DNA of 64,000 nucleotides from positions 7,876-71,875 of the forward strand of contig CAVQSY010000023.1 in NCBI GenBank assembly GCA_963716025.1, written 5' to 3'. The notes under the pieces are model-generated. The model saw nothing but the letters and a program-made list of their open reading frames with translations, was not told the DNA's origin and ran no database searches. The DNA is from an uncultured Chloroflexia bacterium. GTDB taxonomy: Bacteria > Chloroflexota > Limnocylindria > Limnocylindrales > CSP1-4. A program made the translations under genes and the position numbers. Of this stretch, positions 34,152-44,140 are shown one piece after another (within the stretch, counting starts at the first letter, position 1; every line of letters starts with the position of its first letter).

Positions 34152-35171
34152 GTGAACGCCCGGTACCTGGTCAGGCAGTCGCTGCAGGCGATCTTCACGA
34201 TCGCCATGATCGTGCTGCTCAACTTCATCCTGTTCCGGATGATGCCGGGTTCACCCGACCGGGTGAACCCGCGGAACCCGAACATCACGCCCGAGCAGCG
34301 GGAGGCGGCGAAGGCCCGCTGGGGGCTGGACAAGCCGCTGCTCCCGGTTGGGTTTTCCGTGGATCCACCCGCCGTTGAGCTGAACGGCGACAACCAGCTG
34401 TTCGCCTTCATCGGCTCAACGCTCCAGGGCGACCTTGGCTACTCCATCAAGTTCCAGGGACAGGAGGTGACCAAGGTCATCGGCGACCGATTCTGGCCGA
34501 CGATCATGCTCATCGGCCTCGCCGAGATGATCGCGATCGTCTTCGGCCTGGGCCTCGGTGCCTACACGGGATGGCGGAGAGGAGGGGTGGCCGACCGGAT
34601 CGGCAACGGTGCGAGCCTGATCCTGTACTCGATGCCGTACTTCGTGATCGGCATGCCGCTGATCATCATCTTCGCCGCCGGATTGCACTGGCTGCCGACC
34701 TCCGGGATGCTCACCGCGGGAGCCACCTATGCCGGACCGGTGGAGTTCCTGGCGGACCTGCTGCCGCACCTCGTGCTGCCGCTGGCCACCATCAGCCTTG
34801 GCCTCATCGGCGGCTACTCCATCCTGATGCGCTCGTCGATCACCGAGACGCGTGCCGAGGACTACATCGGAACGGCACGGGCGAAGGGCCTGACGGACGG
34901 CAAGATCCTTCGCTCGCATGCCCTGCCCAACGCGATGCTCCCCGCCGTCACCCTGATCGCGATCAACCTCGGATATGTCGTGGGCGGGGCGATCACGGCC
35001 GAGATCGTGTTCAACTGGCCAGGCCTCGGCACGCTCACCGTTGATGCCCTCGGGTCCCGTGACTACCCGGTCATCCAGGGTGTGTTCCTGTTCCTGAGCG
35101 TATCCGTGGTGCTCGCCAACTTCGTGGCCGACATCATCTACGGCTTCCTTGACCCGAGGGTACGACGATGA
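34152..35171 (+). CDS. ABC peptide transporter permease (DppB/OppB-like)
   Basis: This is an intact 339-aa ORF of the BPD_transp_1 type with an N-terminal DppB-like segment (YLVRQSLQAIFTIAMIVLLNFILFRMMPG). Confidence 0.85.
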   Translation: MNARYLVRQSLQAIFTIAMIVLLNFILFRMMPGSPDRVNPRNPNITPEQREAAKARWGLDKPLLPVGFSVDPPAVELNGDNQLFAFIGSTLQGDLGYSIKFQGQEVTKVIGDRFWPTIMLIGLAEMIAIVFGLGLGAYTGWRRGGVADRIGNGASLILYSMPYFVIGMPLIIIFAAGLHWLPTSGMLTAGATYAGPVEFLADLLPHLVLPLATISLGLIGGYSILMRSSITETRAEDYIGTARAKGLTDGKILRSHALPNAMLPAVTLIAINLGYVVGGAITAEIVFNWPGLGTLTVDALGSRDYPVIQGVFLFLSVSVVLANFVADIIYGFLDPRVRR

Positions 35172-36118
35172 CCGCCGGCACCGTCGCCACGCCCAACCTG
35201 CGCAACGAGCGCTGGCGGCTTCGCCTGCGCAACGCGCGTGAGTTCGGGCGGCGCTTTGCCGGTCGGAGCGACGGCGTGGTGGGCCTGGCACTGCTCCTGT
35301 TCTTCGCGTTCCTCGCGCTGGCCCCGGACCTCCTGGTGGGCCCCCTGCAGACCGTCACGACCGCGACGGGAAGCTCCCTTGAGCCGCCCTCGGGCGCGCA
35401 CCTCCTGGGCACGGACGAGTCAGGCCGGGACCTGCTCAACATGACCATTCACGGGGCCCGCATCTCGATGGTGATCGGGCTCATGGCGACCGCGATCACG
35501 ATCATCCTGGGCGCGGTCATCGGCATCGTGTCGGGCTACGTCGGCGGACGCTGGGACCAGTTCCTGATGCGCATCACCGACTTCTTCCTGGTTCTGCCGA
35601 CATTCGTGCTGGCGATCGTGCTGGCCCCGCTCATCCTCGACCTGATCGGCGTCGACGCCGAGTTCTTCGGGATCCGGGCGACCCTGCTCGTCATCGTGGT
35701 CGTGATCGGCGTCACCAGCTGGGCCTCGACGGCGCGGATCATCCGGTCACAGGCGCTCTCTGTCCGGGAGCGGATGTTCGTCGACCGGGCCCGCGTGATC
35801 GGCGGCAGCAGCGGGCACATCATGCGCCGGCACATCCTGCCCAACGTGCTCAACCTCATCGTGGCCAACACGGTTCTCACGTTCGCCGCCGCCGTGTTCA
35901 CGGAGACCACCCTGTCCTTCATCGGCCTCGGCGATCCGTCCTCGCCGTCCTGGGGACAGCTCCTCAACGCGGCCCAGGAGTCGGGGGCTCCGGGCCTCGG
36001 GGCATGGTGGTACATCGTGCCGCCGGCGGTCTGCGTGGTCGCCGTGATCCTTGCCTTCACCCTGGTGGGCAACGCCCTGGACGACGTCCTCAACCCGAAA
36101 GCCGGCCTCAAGCGATGA
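35168..36118 (+). CDS. ABC peptide transporter permease (DppC/OppC-like)
   Basis: This intact 316-aa ORF overlaps the neighbouring genes by 4 nt. It carries GTDESGRDLL and an EAA-like loop (SQALSVRERMFVDRARVIG). Confidence 0.85.
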   Translation: MTAGTVATPNLRNERWRLRLRNAREFGRRFAGRSDGVVGLALLLFFAFLALAPDLLVGPLQTVTTATGSSLEPPSGAHLLGTDESGRDLLNMTIHGARISMVIGLMATAITIILGAVIGIVSGYVGGRWDQFLMRITDFFLVLPTFVLAIVLAPLILDLIGVDAEFFGIRATLLVIVVVIGVTSWASTARIIRSQALSVRERMFVDRARVIGGSSGHIMRRHILPNVLNLIVANTVLTFAAAVFTETTLSFIGLGDPSSPSWGQLLNAAQESGAPGLGAWWYIVPPAVCVVAVILAFTLVGNALDDVLNPKAGLKR

Positions 36119-37221
36119 CACCGCACTCCGAGCCTGACGTGCCGGCCCCGGGCATGGACCGCGCCGCCATTCGCGGGCGACGCCAGTGGCCGCTGCCCAA
36201 GCAGGCCGATCCAGACGCCCCGCTCCTTGTCGTGGAAGGGCTCTCGACGCACTTCCGCCTGGGCAATGCGACCGTTCATGCAGTCGACGACGTCAGCTTC
36301 ACGCTCGACGACGGCGAAGCGCTCGGTATCGCCGGCGAGTCAGGGTGCGGCAAGACGACGACGGCCCTGTCGCTCCTGCGGCTCCTGCCGAGCAACGCCA
36401 AGGTGGTCTCGGGGAGCGTCCGCCTGTTCGGGATCGATCTCGCCCAGAAGAGCGAGACCGCCCTCCGCCGTTACCGGTGGCGCGAGATCTCGGTCATCTT
36501 CCAGGGCGCCATGAACGCGCTCAACCCCGTCCAGCGGGTGGGCGACCAGATCGCCGAGCCGATCGTGGAACGCCTTGGCATGGCCCGGCCCGCGGCGGCG
36601 AAGCGCGCGCGCGAGCTCCTGGAGCTGGTCGGGATCCCGAAGGCCCGCGCACGCGCCTACCCCCACGAGCTCTCGGGCGGCATGCGCCAGCGCGCGATGA
36701 TCGCGATGGCCCTCGCCTGCGACCCGGCCGTGATCATCGGTGACGAGCCGACCACGGCGCTCGACGTGATGGTCCAGGCACAGATCCTCGAGCTGCTCGA
36801 GGACCTTCGGGAGAAGCTTGGCCTGTCGATGATCCTGATCACCCACGACCTGTCGGTGCTCGCCGAGACCTGCGACCGGGTGATGATCATGTACGCGGGG
36901 CGGGTGGCCGAGGAGGGCCCGGTCGGCACGATCTTCGCGACGCCCCGCCACCCGTACACGCAGATGCTCCTGCGGGCCTTTCCCGATGTGAAGGCCGGCC
37001 GGCGCGACCTGGGGACGATCCCCGGCTCGCCGCCGGACCTGCGCACGCCACCTCCGGGCTGCCGGTTCGCGCCGCGCTGCCCCGCCGCGATGGACGTCTG
37101 CCGGACGGAGGTTCCGCCGGAGGTCCGCTTCGAGGACAGGGTCCGTGTCGCCTGCCACCTCTACCCGCCGGGCGACGGCGGGACACCTCGCGTGCTCCCG
37201 GTCGTCGAGGCCGCGTCGTGA
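36115..37221 (+). CDS. ABC peptide transporter ATP-binding protein (DppD/OppD-like)
   Basis: An ATGA overlap joins it to the permease stop. [24 protein letters not shown] and [11 protein letters not shown] are present, with an oligopeptide C-terminal CRFAPRCP motif. Confidence 0.9.
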   Translation: MTPHSEPDVPAPGMDRAAIRGRRQWPLPKQADPDAPLLVVEGLSTHFRLGNATVHAVDDVSFTLDDGEALGIAGESGCGKTTTALSLLRLLPSNAKVVSGSVRLFGIDLAQKSETALRRYRWREISVIFQGAMNALNPVQRVGDQIAEPIVERLGMARPAAAKRARELLELVGIPKARARAYPHELSGGMRQRAMIAMALACDPAVIIGDEPTTALDVMVQAQILELLEDLREKLGLSMILITHDLSVLAETCDRVMIMYAGRVAEEGPVGTIFATPRHPYTQMLLRAFPDVKAGRRDLGTIPGSPPDLRTPPPGCRFAPRCPAAMDVCRTEVPPEVRFEDRVRVACHLYPPGDGGTPRVLPVVEAAS

Positions 37222-38330
37222 GCGAGCAGCCGGTGCCCGACGGCCAGGCGCCCGGCGGCGAGGCGCTCATTCGGCTCGAGGGGCTGGAGGTCCACTTCCC
37301 GATCCACGGAGGTCTGCGCGACCTGATCCGGCGCAAGCCGGCGGGCTATGTGCGGGCCGTCGACGGGATCGATCTCGAGCTCCGGCGGGGCGAGGTCCTC
37401 GGCCTCGTCGGAGAGTCCGGGAGCGGCAAGACGACCGCGGGCCGCGTGATCGTCAAGCTCACCCATCCGACCGGTGGACGCATCCTGCTCGAGGGCGAAG
37501 ACGTCACCGACACCTGGGGCGGCGAGGCGCTGCGCGCCTACCGGCGACGTGTCCAGCTGATCTTCCAGGACCCATACGAGACCCTGAACCCCAAGCAGAC
37601 GATCCATGACTTCGTGGCCGAGCCGCTCGAGGTCCAGAACCTCGGCCTGAGCGCCGCGGAGCGCGAGAAGCGGGTCCTCGAGGCCATCGATGCCGCAGGG
37701 CTGCGACCCGCCACGGACTTCGCATTCCGCTATCCGCACGAGCTGTCGGGCGGCCAGCGTCAGCGCGTCGTGATCGCCGGCGCACTCGTCCTCGACCCCA
37801 AGATCGTCGTCGCCGACGAGCCGGTCAGCATGCTCGATGTCTCGATCCGGACCGAGATCCTCAACCTGATGCTGGATCTTCGGCGGCAGCGCGACCTCAC
37901 CTACCTGTTCATCACCCATGACCTCTCGGTGGCCTGGGTCATCGCGGACCGGATCGCCGTCATGTACCTCGGCAAGATCATGGAGATCGGACCGGCCGAG
38001 GACGTCATCCACGATCCGCGGCACCCGTACACGCGGGCCCTCGTCTCCGTCATGCCCACGCCCGAACCCCCGGAGCCCGGTCTCCGGGCGCGCCGGGTGA
38101 TCCTCGAGGGCGAGACCCCGGATGCCGCACACATCCCGACCGGCTGTCGATTCCACCCGCGCTGCCCGCTCGCCGAGCAGGCCGGGATCATCGAGCGCTG
38201 CCGGACGGAGGAGCCGCCCCTGATCGAGGTCGGCGATGGCCGGGCCGCCGCGTGCTGGCTCGCGGAGTCCGGGCAGCCGCTGCCCGCGGTCGTGCGGCGC
38301 GAGGCCGCGGAGGAGCAGGGGCCCACGTAG
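37218..38330 (+). CDS. ABC peptide transporter ATP-binding protein (DppF/OppF-like)
   Basis: [35 protein letters not shown] and CRFHPRCP are present. Confidence 0.9.
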   Translation: MSEQPVPDGQAPGGEALIRLEGLEVHFPIHGGLRDLIRRKPAGYVRAVDGIDLELRRGEVLGLVGESGSGKTTAGRVIVKLTHPTGGRILLEGEDVTDTWGGEALRAYRRRVQLIFQDPYETLNPKQTIHDFVAEPLEVQNLGLSAAEREKRVLEAIDAAGLRPATDFAFRYPHELSGGQRQRVVIAGALVLDPKIVVADEPVSMLDVSIRTEILNLMLDLRRQRDLTYLFITHDLSVAWVIADRIAVMYLGKIMEIGPAEDVIHDPRHPYTRALVSVMPTPEPPEPGLRARRVILEGETPDAAHIPTGCRFHPRCPLAEQAGIIERCRTEEPPLIEVGDGRAAACWLAESGQPLPAVVRREAAEEQGPT

Positions 38331-38539
38331 GCTCCCGCGCCAGCCGCTCGGCCCCCATACCAGCCCCGGCTCACCACGACCCCTGGTTGATTCCGCAAGC
38401 GGATCGCCAATGCTGTGCGATCTCCCTCGATCCACCACCCTCGGTGGTGCGGCCGCGGGTTTCCATGGTCCCGTGACCCGATTCTGTGGCATTCGACCAT
38501 CACCCTTGGTGCGGACGGAGTCGTCCGTTCCAGCCTGCA

Positions 38540-38800
38540 GCGGTTCATGGCGATCAACCACGGGCCATCGTGCCCCGAGAGTCGCAGCGCGCGGCGGTCG
38601 AGCCGAAACGCCTCGAGCTCCGGCGCGGACGGGGTCGACCCATCCACCGCGAGTTCCGGCCAGGATCCGGACCAGGTACCGACGCGAAGTTGTAGACGTC
38701 TGGCTCTGGCCAGATCTCCGATGGACCGCGAACGTGCCCACCATCCGAGGACTCGGACGCGCGTCCACGCTGGATGCCGGCGCCCGCCGAGCCACTGGCG
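38540..38800 (-). pseudogene. Relic 3' fragment of a sarcosine-oxidase-like (SolA/MSOX family) gene
   Basis: The minus-strand translation ...YNFASV..ELAVDGSTPSAPELEAFRLDRRAL parallels the C-terminus of the intact gene at 39537-40727 (AYKFASVLGRIMAELAVDGATPSAPELEAFRIDRPVL). The DNA at ~38596-38700 aligns with ~39584-39690 at roughly 85% identity by eye. Confidence 0.6.
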
Positions 38801-38837
38801 AGGCCACCTGCTGTGTGCGTCCCGAGGAGGATCGTGC

Positions 38838-39497
38838 ATGCTGCGACGCGGCGTTTCGAACTCGCCCCTGGCGAGCCTGCTCGCGATCGCGCTGCTGGCG
38901 GGATGCTCCGGGGACGCGAGCCGCACGGCGACGCCATCGCGCCCCACCGCGCCGCCGCCGGCCCCGACCGCATCGCCGACACCGCAGCCGACACCGCAGC
39001 CGTCGCCCTCGCCCGACGCCGAGCTGATCGGTGCCTGCTACGGGAGGCCTGTCGCGTGGGCGGCTCCCTATGCCGGCAGGGTGCACCCCCTGGTGATCGC
39101 TGCCCCCTGGGGGAAGGCTGGCGTGTGGAACTGGCTGCCCGACGACGTCAACGGGAAGTGGCGTGATGGCGAGTGGGCGAGCCCAATGATCCAACTGGTC
39201 CTCTGCCCAGAAGCCAGGGAGCCCAAGGCCGGTGGATCGTGCGGGAGCTACACGATCGCCGACGGGGTGAAGGGCGAACTCCTTCGCCTCCGCGAGGTGC
39301 TGAAGGTCCGAGTGGTCATCGCTCGGACCGGCAAGACCCTCCAGTCCACACTGCTGTTGGGCCCAAAGACCAGGTGTCCCGCGAGCACGGGCGTCTTCCT
39401 GGGAGTCGCCCCCCCGTGGACCTTCCTCGGGGAGAATGTGACCAAAGAGCAGATCAGGGAGTACGCGGCGAAGGTGTCGACGCAGCCGGTGGAGTAG
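38838..39497 (+). CDS. Lipoprotein, function unknown
   Basis: The ATG follows GAGGAGG. It has a lipobox (LLAIALLAGC) and then a Pro/Thr/Ser linker. Confidence 0.65.
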   Translation: MLRRGVSNSPLASLLAIALLAGCSGDASRTATPSRPTAPPPAPTASPTPQPTPQPSPSPDAELIGACYGRPVAWAAPYAGRVHPLVIAAPWGKAGVWNWLPDDVNGKWRDGEWASPMIQLVLCPEAREPKAGGSCGSYTIADGVKGELLRLREVLKVRVVIARTGKTLQSTLLLGPKTRCPASTGVFLGVAPPWTFLGENVTKEQIREYAAKVSTQPVE

Positions 39498-39536
39498 GCC
39501 GCTCGGCGTGGCATGCACCCGCTGACGGGCCGGGCA

Positions 39537-40727
39537 TCAGATCGCGAACCGGCGCTCCGGGTGCTCCTCGCGCAGGACGGGACGGTCGATCCGGAACGCC
39601 TCCAGCTCCGGCGCCGACGGGGTTGCTCCGTCCACCGCGAGCTCGGCCATGATCCGGCCCAGGACCGACGCGAACTTGTAGGCGTGCGCTGACCCGAGGC
39701 AGACGAGGATGTCCGGGTGCCCGGGGACGGCATCGACGATGAAGTCCCGGTCCGGGGTCATGGTGTAGAGACAGCTCCTGGTCAGGAACGGCTCCACGGC
39801 CATGCCCGGCAGGCGCTCCTCGAGGAACGCCATCGTCCGCGCGAGGGCAGCGCGATCGGTGTCGAAGGTGCGGGTCGCCGGGGTCACCTCGCGCCCGCCC
39901 ACGTCCTGGCCGATCTTCGGGCCCGGGTGGCCATGGGTCGGGAAGCCGTAGAAGCTGGGCTCGTCCATCCAGATCCAGGTCGGGAACCGGTCCGGGGCAA
40001 ACAGCGCGGGGTCGCCACGCGGCGTGAACCACGAGACCTGTTCCTGGGTCACCGTCAGCGGCAGCGGGCAGCCAAGCGGCGCCAGCAGCTCGTTGGCCCA
40101 GGCATCGGTCGCCATGACCACGCGGCCGGCACGGATCCGCTGACCGTCCTCAAGCTCGACGGTGACCTCGCCCCCGCTGCCGAGGAGTCGGGCGACGGGC
40201 GCCAGGCCTCGGAGCTCCGCGCCGTGCTCCACGGCCAGACGGCGGTGGGCCGCGTTGCCACGCGAAGGGTCCGCGATCCCCGTGTCCGCCTGGTACAGCC
40301 CCACGTGGTGATCGTCGAGGCGCCAGGCGGGCCAGCGACGCATGATCTCCGCCGCGTCGAGGCGCTCGAACAGCACGCCCTCCGCGGCCATGGCGTCCGC
40401 GTATCGCTCGAGATCCACCTCCGACCCGTGATCCGGGTGGGACGGGCCGACGTCGAGACCGCCGGTGCGGAACACGACCTGCTGGCCGCTCTCCCGCTCG
40501 ACCTCGGCCCACGACGCGTACGCCCTCGCAGTCAGCCGGACGTAGTCCCGCCGGTGGTAGCTGCGCCGGATGATCCGGCTTACGTCCTCCGAGGCGCCGT
40601 AGGGATGGCCGATCTCGAACTGCTCCAGGCCGAGCACCCGCAGCCCGGTCCGCCGGGAGAGCCAGTACGCGGCTGCCGACCCGAGGGCCCCCAGCCCCAC
40701 CACGACGACGTCGGCGTCCCGCGTCAC
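39537..40727 (-). CDS. solA: FAD-dependent N-methyl-L-tryptophan / monomeric sarcosine oxidase family protein
   Basis: The GTG start gives DADVVVVGLGALGSAAAYWL (GxGxxG). RAGRVVMATDAWANELL and the C-terminal SAHAYKFASVLGRIMAEL are present. The start overlaps the NUDIX stop (GTGA). Confidence 0.75.
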   Translation of the reverse strand: MTRDADVVVVGLGALGSAAAYWLSRRTGLRVLGLEQFEIGHPYGASEDVSRIIRRSYHRRDYVRLTARAYASWAEVERESGQQVVFRTGGLDVGPSHPDHGSEVDLERYADAMAAEGVLFERLDAAEIMRRWPAWRLDDHHVGLYQADTGIADPSRGNAAHRRLAVEHGAELRGLAPVARLLGSGGEVTVELEDGQRIRAGRVVMATDAWANELLAPLGCPLPLTVTQEQVSWFTPRGDPALFAPDRFPTWIWMDEPSFYGFPTHGHPGPKIGQDVGGREVTPATRTFDTDRAALARTMAFLEERLPGMAVEPFLTRSCLYTMTPDRDFIVDAVPGHPDILVCLGSAHAYKFASVLGRIMAELAVDGATPSAPELEAFRIDRPVLREEHPERRFAI

Positions 40728-41290
40728 GAGCGCACCTCCAGCGCATACCGGGTCACGCCCACGATGGTCAGGATGTCGTGGATCTCCCCGGCGTCGATCT
40801 CGGCGAGCACCTGGTCCAGGGTCGCCCACCGGATCGCCAGGTCCTCGCTGGGCTCCGGCGCGGCGATCCCAGCGCGCAGCCCGGTTGCAAGGAACACGAC
40901 GCCACGCTCGTCGGTGACCGAGTTGGACAGCGAGAACGACACCAGCTCCCGCCACTCGGCCGCCTCGTAGCCGGTCTCCTCGGCGAGCTCGCGCGCCGCG
41001 CCATCGACAGGCGCCTCGTCGAGCGCCGCGCCGCCCTCCGGGATCTCCCAGCTGTAGGTGTCGAGGGTGTAGCGGTGCTGGCCGACGAGCAGGATCCGGC
41101 CCGCATCGTCCACGGCCACGACGCCGACGGCCATGTTCCGGAAGTGGACGACACCGTAGATGCCGGGCGATCCGTCGGGGCGGTCCACCTCGTCATGGAG
41201 CACCTCGATCCACGGGTTCGCGTACGCGGTGCGGCGAGACCGGCGACGCCAGCCGCCCACGCGAACCGGATCCGGCATGTCGTCCCTCAT
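40724..41290 (-). CDS. NUDIX hydrolase (ADP-ribose pyrophosphatase-like)
   Basis: It has the Nudix box (EIPEGGAALDEAPVDGAARELAEETGYEA). The start is at the internal ATG (MRDDMPD). Confidence 0.85.
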   Translation of the reverse strand: MRDDMPDPVRVGGWRRRSRRTAYANPWIEVLHDEVDRPDGSPGIYGVVHFRNMAVGVVAVDDAGRILLVGQHRYTLDTYSWEIPEGGAALDEAPVDGAARELAEETGYEAAEWRELVSFSLSNSVTDERGVVFLATGLRAGIAAPEPSEDLAIRWATLDQVLAEIDAGEIHDILTIVGVTRYALEVRS

Positions 41291-41357
41291 CGGTTGCACG
41301 GTACCGCCTGGAGGTCCCGCAGGCCCGGGCGCCCCGCACGGGGCTAGACTCCACGCG

Positions 41358-43427
41358 ATGGCCACGCGCACCGACCGCCGCACCGACGCGAGCAGACCCG
41401 ATCACGCCTTCGAGACCCGCTGGGACGTCCGCATTCCCGTCCGCGACGGCCTCGAGCTGTCCTCGAACCTGTGGCTGCCGCTGCCTGCCCCCGAGCGCCC
41501 CGACGAGCGGTTCGGCGCCGTCCTCGAGATGATCCCGTACGGCAAGGACAACTGGCGCCGCAACAGCGACACCGCGAGGGGCGAGTGGCTGGCGGCACGC
41601 GGCTTTGCCCTGTGCCGGCTGGACGTGCGCGGCACGGGCTCCTCGCCGGGTGTCGCGGAGGACGAGTACACGGAGGCCGAGACCCTCGATGGGTACGACG
41701 CCGTCGAGTGGCTCGCGGCCCAGCCGTGGTGCAACGGCAACATCGGCATGTGGGGGATCAGCTACGGCGGCTTCACCTCGATCCAGGTGGCCAAGCTGCG
41801 GCCGCCCCACCTGCGCGCGATCCTGCCGATGTACGCCACGGACGACCGCTATCGCGACGACGTCCACATCCGTGGCGGCTGCGTGACCGCCAGCGAGAAG
41901 TGCCAGTACGCGGTCAGCCAGCTGGGCATGAACGCGATGCCGCCCCACCCGCCGTTCCGCGGCGAGCGGTGGCGCGAGGAGTGGCTCGCGCGCCTGGAGC
42001 AGACGCCGCCTTGGCTCATGGCCTGGATCCGCAACCAGACCGACGGCGCGTACTGGCGCCGGGGTTCGCTCGCGCCCGAGTACGACGCGCTCGATTGCGC
42101 CGTGTTCCAGGTCGCCGGCTGGACCGACGCCTACCCGGATGCCGCGTTCCGCATCCAGGAGCGCTGCACGAGCGCCGCCGTGCGGACCCTCGTCGGCAAC
42201 TGGGTCCACAGCTACCCCGACGACGCCTACCCGGGGCCGAACCTCGACTGGCTCCACGAGCTTGTCCGCTTCTTCGACCGATATCTCAAGGGCCGCGACA
42301 ACGGCTGGGACCGGGAGCCCGCCCTGGTCTGGTTCGAGCGGGAATGGGCAGCCCCGGAGCCGTTCCCGAAGGAATGGCCGGGCCGCTGGCGGGCGGCAAG
42401 CGCGTTCCCGGTGCCGGGCACCGAGCGCCGAGAGCTCTGGCTCGGCGACGGCGGCGGGCTCCGCGACGCTTCGCCGGCGGAGGGGACCAGCGTCGATGCC
42501 CTCCCCCACCGGGCCACGGTGGGCACGGCCGGGGCGCTCTCGTGGGGCGCAGGCGGCGCCCCCAACGGCCTGGCGCGCGATCTCCGCCCCGACGAGCTGC
42601 GCGGCCTGACCTACACGTCACCGCCGCTGGAGGCGCCCCTCGCGATCATCGGCTCCCCGGCCGCCGTCCTCCACCTGGGCGCGTCGATGCCCGTCGCGAC
42701 CGGCGTCGTCCGCCTGTCCGAGGTCACGCCCGACGGGGTCTCCTCGCTCGTCGCCACGGGGGTGCTCAACCTGACCCACCGCCGCTCGGACATCGATCCC
42801 GCGCCGATGCCCGCCGACCCGCCCTCCGTCGAGGAGATCCGGATCCCACTGCGTGTCTCGGGCTACCGCTTCACCCCCGGCAACCGGATCCGGCTGACCG
42901 TACTCACCAGCTACTGGCCCGTCCTCTGGCCGTCGCCCTTCCCTGGCGAGCTCCACGTCCACCACGGGCCGGCCGCGCCATCGCGCCTCGAGCTCCCGGT
43001 CCTGCCCGCGGACGCGGCGACCCTGCCCGTGCCGCCGTTCCGCGTCGAGCCAGCGGTCCTGCGAGAGGTGGGCGCGTACGAGGAGGATGCGCCCGAGTGG
43101 CGGATCGAGGAGGACATCCTGCGCGGCACGGTCGCCGTGACCATCTTCGACGGCGGGGGCAGCACCCAGGAGGATGGCTCGCACCTGTACAGCAGCGAGC
43201 GACTGGTCCTGACGGCCTCGGACGCGGACCCGGCGCACGCCAGCCTCGAGAGCGACGTCGTCTACCGCTGGTCCGGCTTCGGCGCCGACGCCGACATCCG
43301 GGCGCGTGGCACGATCACCTCGGACGAGGCGGCGTTCGACGTCACGGTGGCCCTGGACGTCGCCCTCGACGGCGAGCCATCCTTCAGCCGGCAGTGGCGC
43401 GAGACGATCCCGCGCCGCCTGGTGTGA
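41358..43427 (+). CDS. CocE/NonD-family hydrolase (X-Pro dipeptidyl-peptidase S15 fold)
   Basis: LEMIPYGKDNWR, the nucleophile GMWGISYGG and YATDDRYRDDVHIRGG are present in an intact ~689-aa frame. Confidence 0.85.
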   Translation: MATRTDRRTDASRPDHAFETRWDVRIPVRDGLELSSNLWLPLPAPERPDERFGAVLEMIPYGKDNWRRNSDTARGEWLAARGFALCRLDVRGTGSSPGVAEDEYTEAETLDGYDAVEWLAAQPWCNGNIGMWGISYGGFTSIQVAKLRPPHLRAILPMYATDDRYRDDVHIRGGCVTASEKCQYAVSQLGMNAMPPHPPFRGERWREEWLARLEQTPPWLMAWIRNQTDGAYWRRGSLAPEYDALDCAVFQVAGWTDAYPDAAFRIQERCTSAAVRTLVGNWVHSYPDDAYPGPNLDWLHELVRFFDRYLKGRDNGWDREPALVWFEREWAAPEPFPKEWPGRWRAASAFPVPGTERRELWLGDGGGLRDASPAEGTSVDALPHRATVGTAGALSWGAGGAPNGLARDLRPDELRGLTYTSPPLEAPLAIIGSPAAVLHLGASMPVATGVVRLSEVTPDGVSSLVATGVLNLTHRRSDIDPAPMPADPPSVEEIRIPLRVSGYRFTPGNRIRLTVLTSYWPVLWPSPFPGELHVHHGPAAPSRLELPVLPADAATLPVPPFRVEPAVLREVGAYEEDAPEWRIEEDILRGTVAVTIFDGGGSTQEDGSHLYSSERLVLTASDADPAHASLESDVVYRWSGFGADADIRARGTITSDEAAFDVTVALDVALDGEPSFSRQWRETIPRRLV

Positions 43428-43450
43428 GGGCCGGTGCGGCCCGTGGAGTC

Positions 43451-44140
43451 GTGGACGTGAGTCGCCTCGTCGTTGGCCTGCTGATCGCGGCACTCCTGGC
43501 CATGGTCGCCCCGTCGACGGCGTCGGCCGAGTGCACCGCGTATGACCGACCTGTCGACCGGACGTTGAACGTCGGGTTTGCGTTCATCGCGACCGTTGTC
43601 GACGCATCCGGCGAGACGGATCCCCCGCATGCGGGCTCGGCGCCGTTCGACTGGCACGTGGCGCTCCGGATCGAGCGCGTCCTCGCCGGGGAGGTGCCGG
43701 AGGAGCTGGTGTTCAATGGCTGGAGCGTCGGCTGTCACAGCGTTCGGGGGAACAGGCTCTCGACCGGCGACCGGGTCGTGATCGCAACCGAGCGCTTCCG
43801 GCGGGGCCATCTCCCGGTCGAGCCGTTCGGTGGCGATGTCGTCGTCTGGCGCTGGGACGGCGATCGCTGGCAGTACGCACGCCGCGTCGTGGGCGTGGAG
43901 GAACACCCGCTCGATCAGTTCCCGCTGACGGCAATCCGCAGCGCCAGGACGACCGCCGACATCGTTGCGATCGTGCGCCAGGCGATGCCCGATACCGCCA
44001 CCGCCCCAGCCACGGCCCGTGTAGCGGAGGGTCCAGGACCTGTGCCCTGGATCGTGCTGCTGACGGCGGGCCTGCTCGGCCTCGTCGCAGGCGCCAGGCT
44101 CACCGCTAGGGGATCGAGCCCAGTGCCGCCTTGGCGATGA
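43451..44140 (+). CDS. Hypothetical secreted protein with a C-terminal TM anchor
   Basis: There is a GTG start and a signal peptide (LVVGLLIAALLAMVAPSTASA). The C-terminal hydrophobic segment is PWIVLLTAGLLGLVAGA. No known motif was found. Confidence 0.5.
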   Translation: MDVSRLVVGLLIAALLAMVAPSTASAECTAYDRPVDRTLNVGFAFIATVVDASGETDPPHAGSAPFDWHVALRIERVLAGEVPEELVFNGWSVGCHSVRGNRLSTGDRVVIATERFRRGHLPVEPFGGDVVVWRWDGDRWQYARRVVGVEEHPLDQFPLTAIRSARTTADIVAIVRQAMPDTATAPATARVAEGPGPVPWIVLLTAGLLGLVAGARLTARGSSPVPPWR

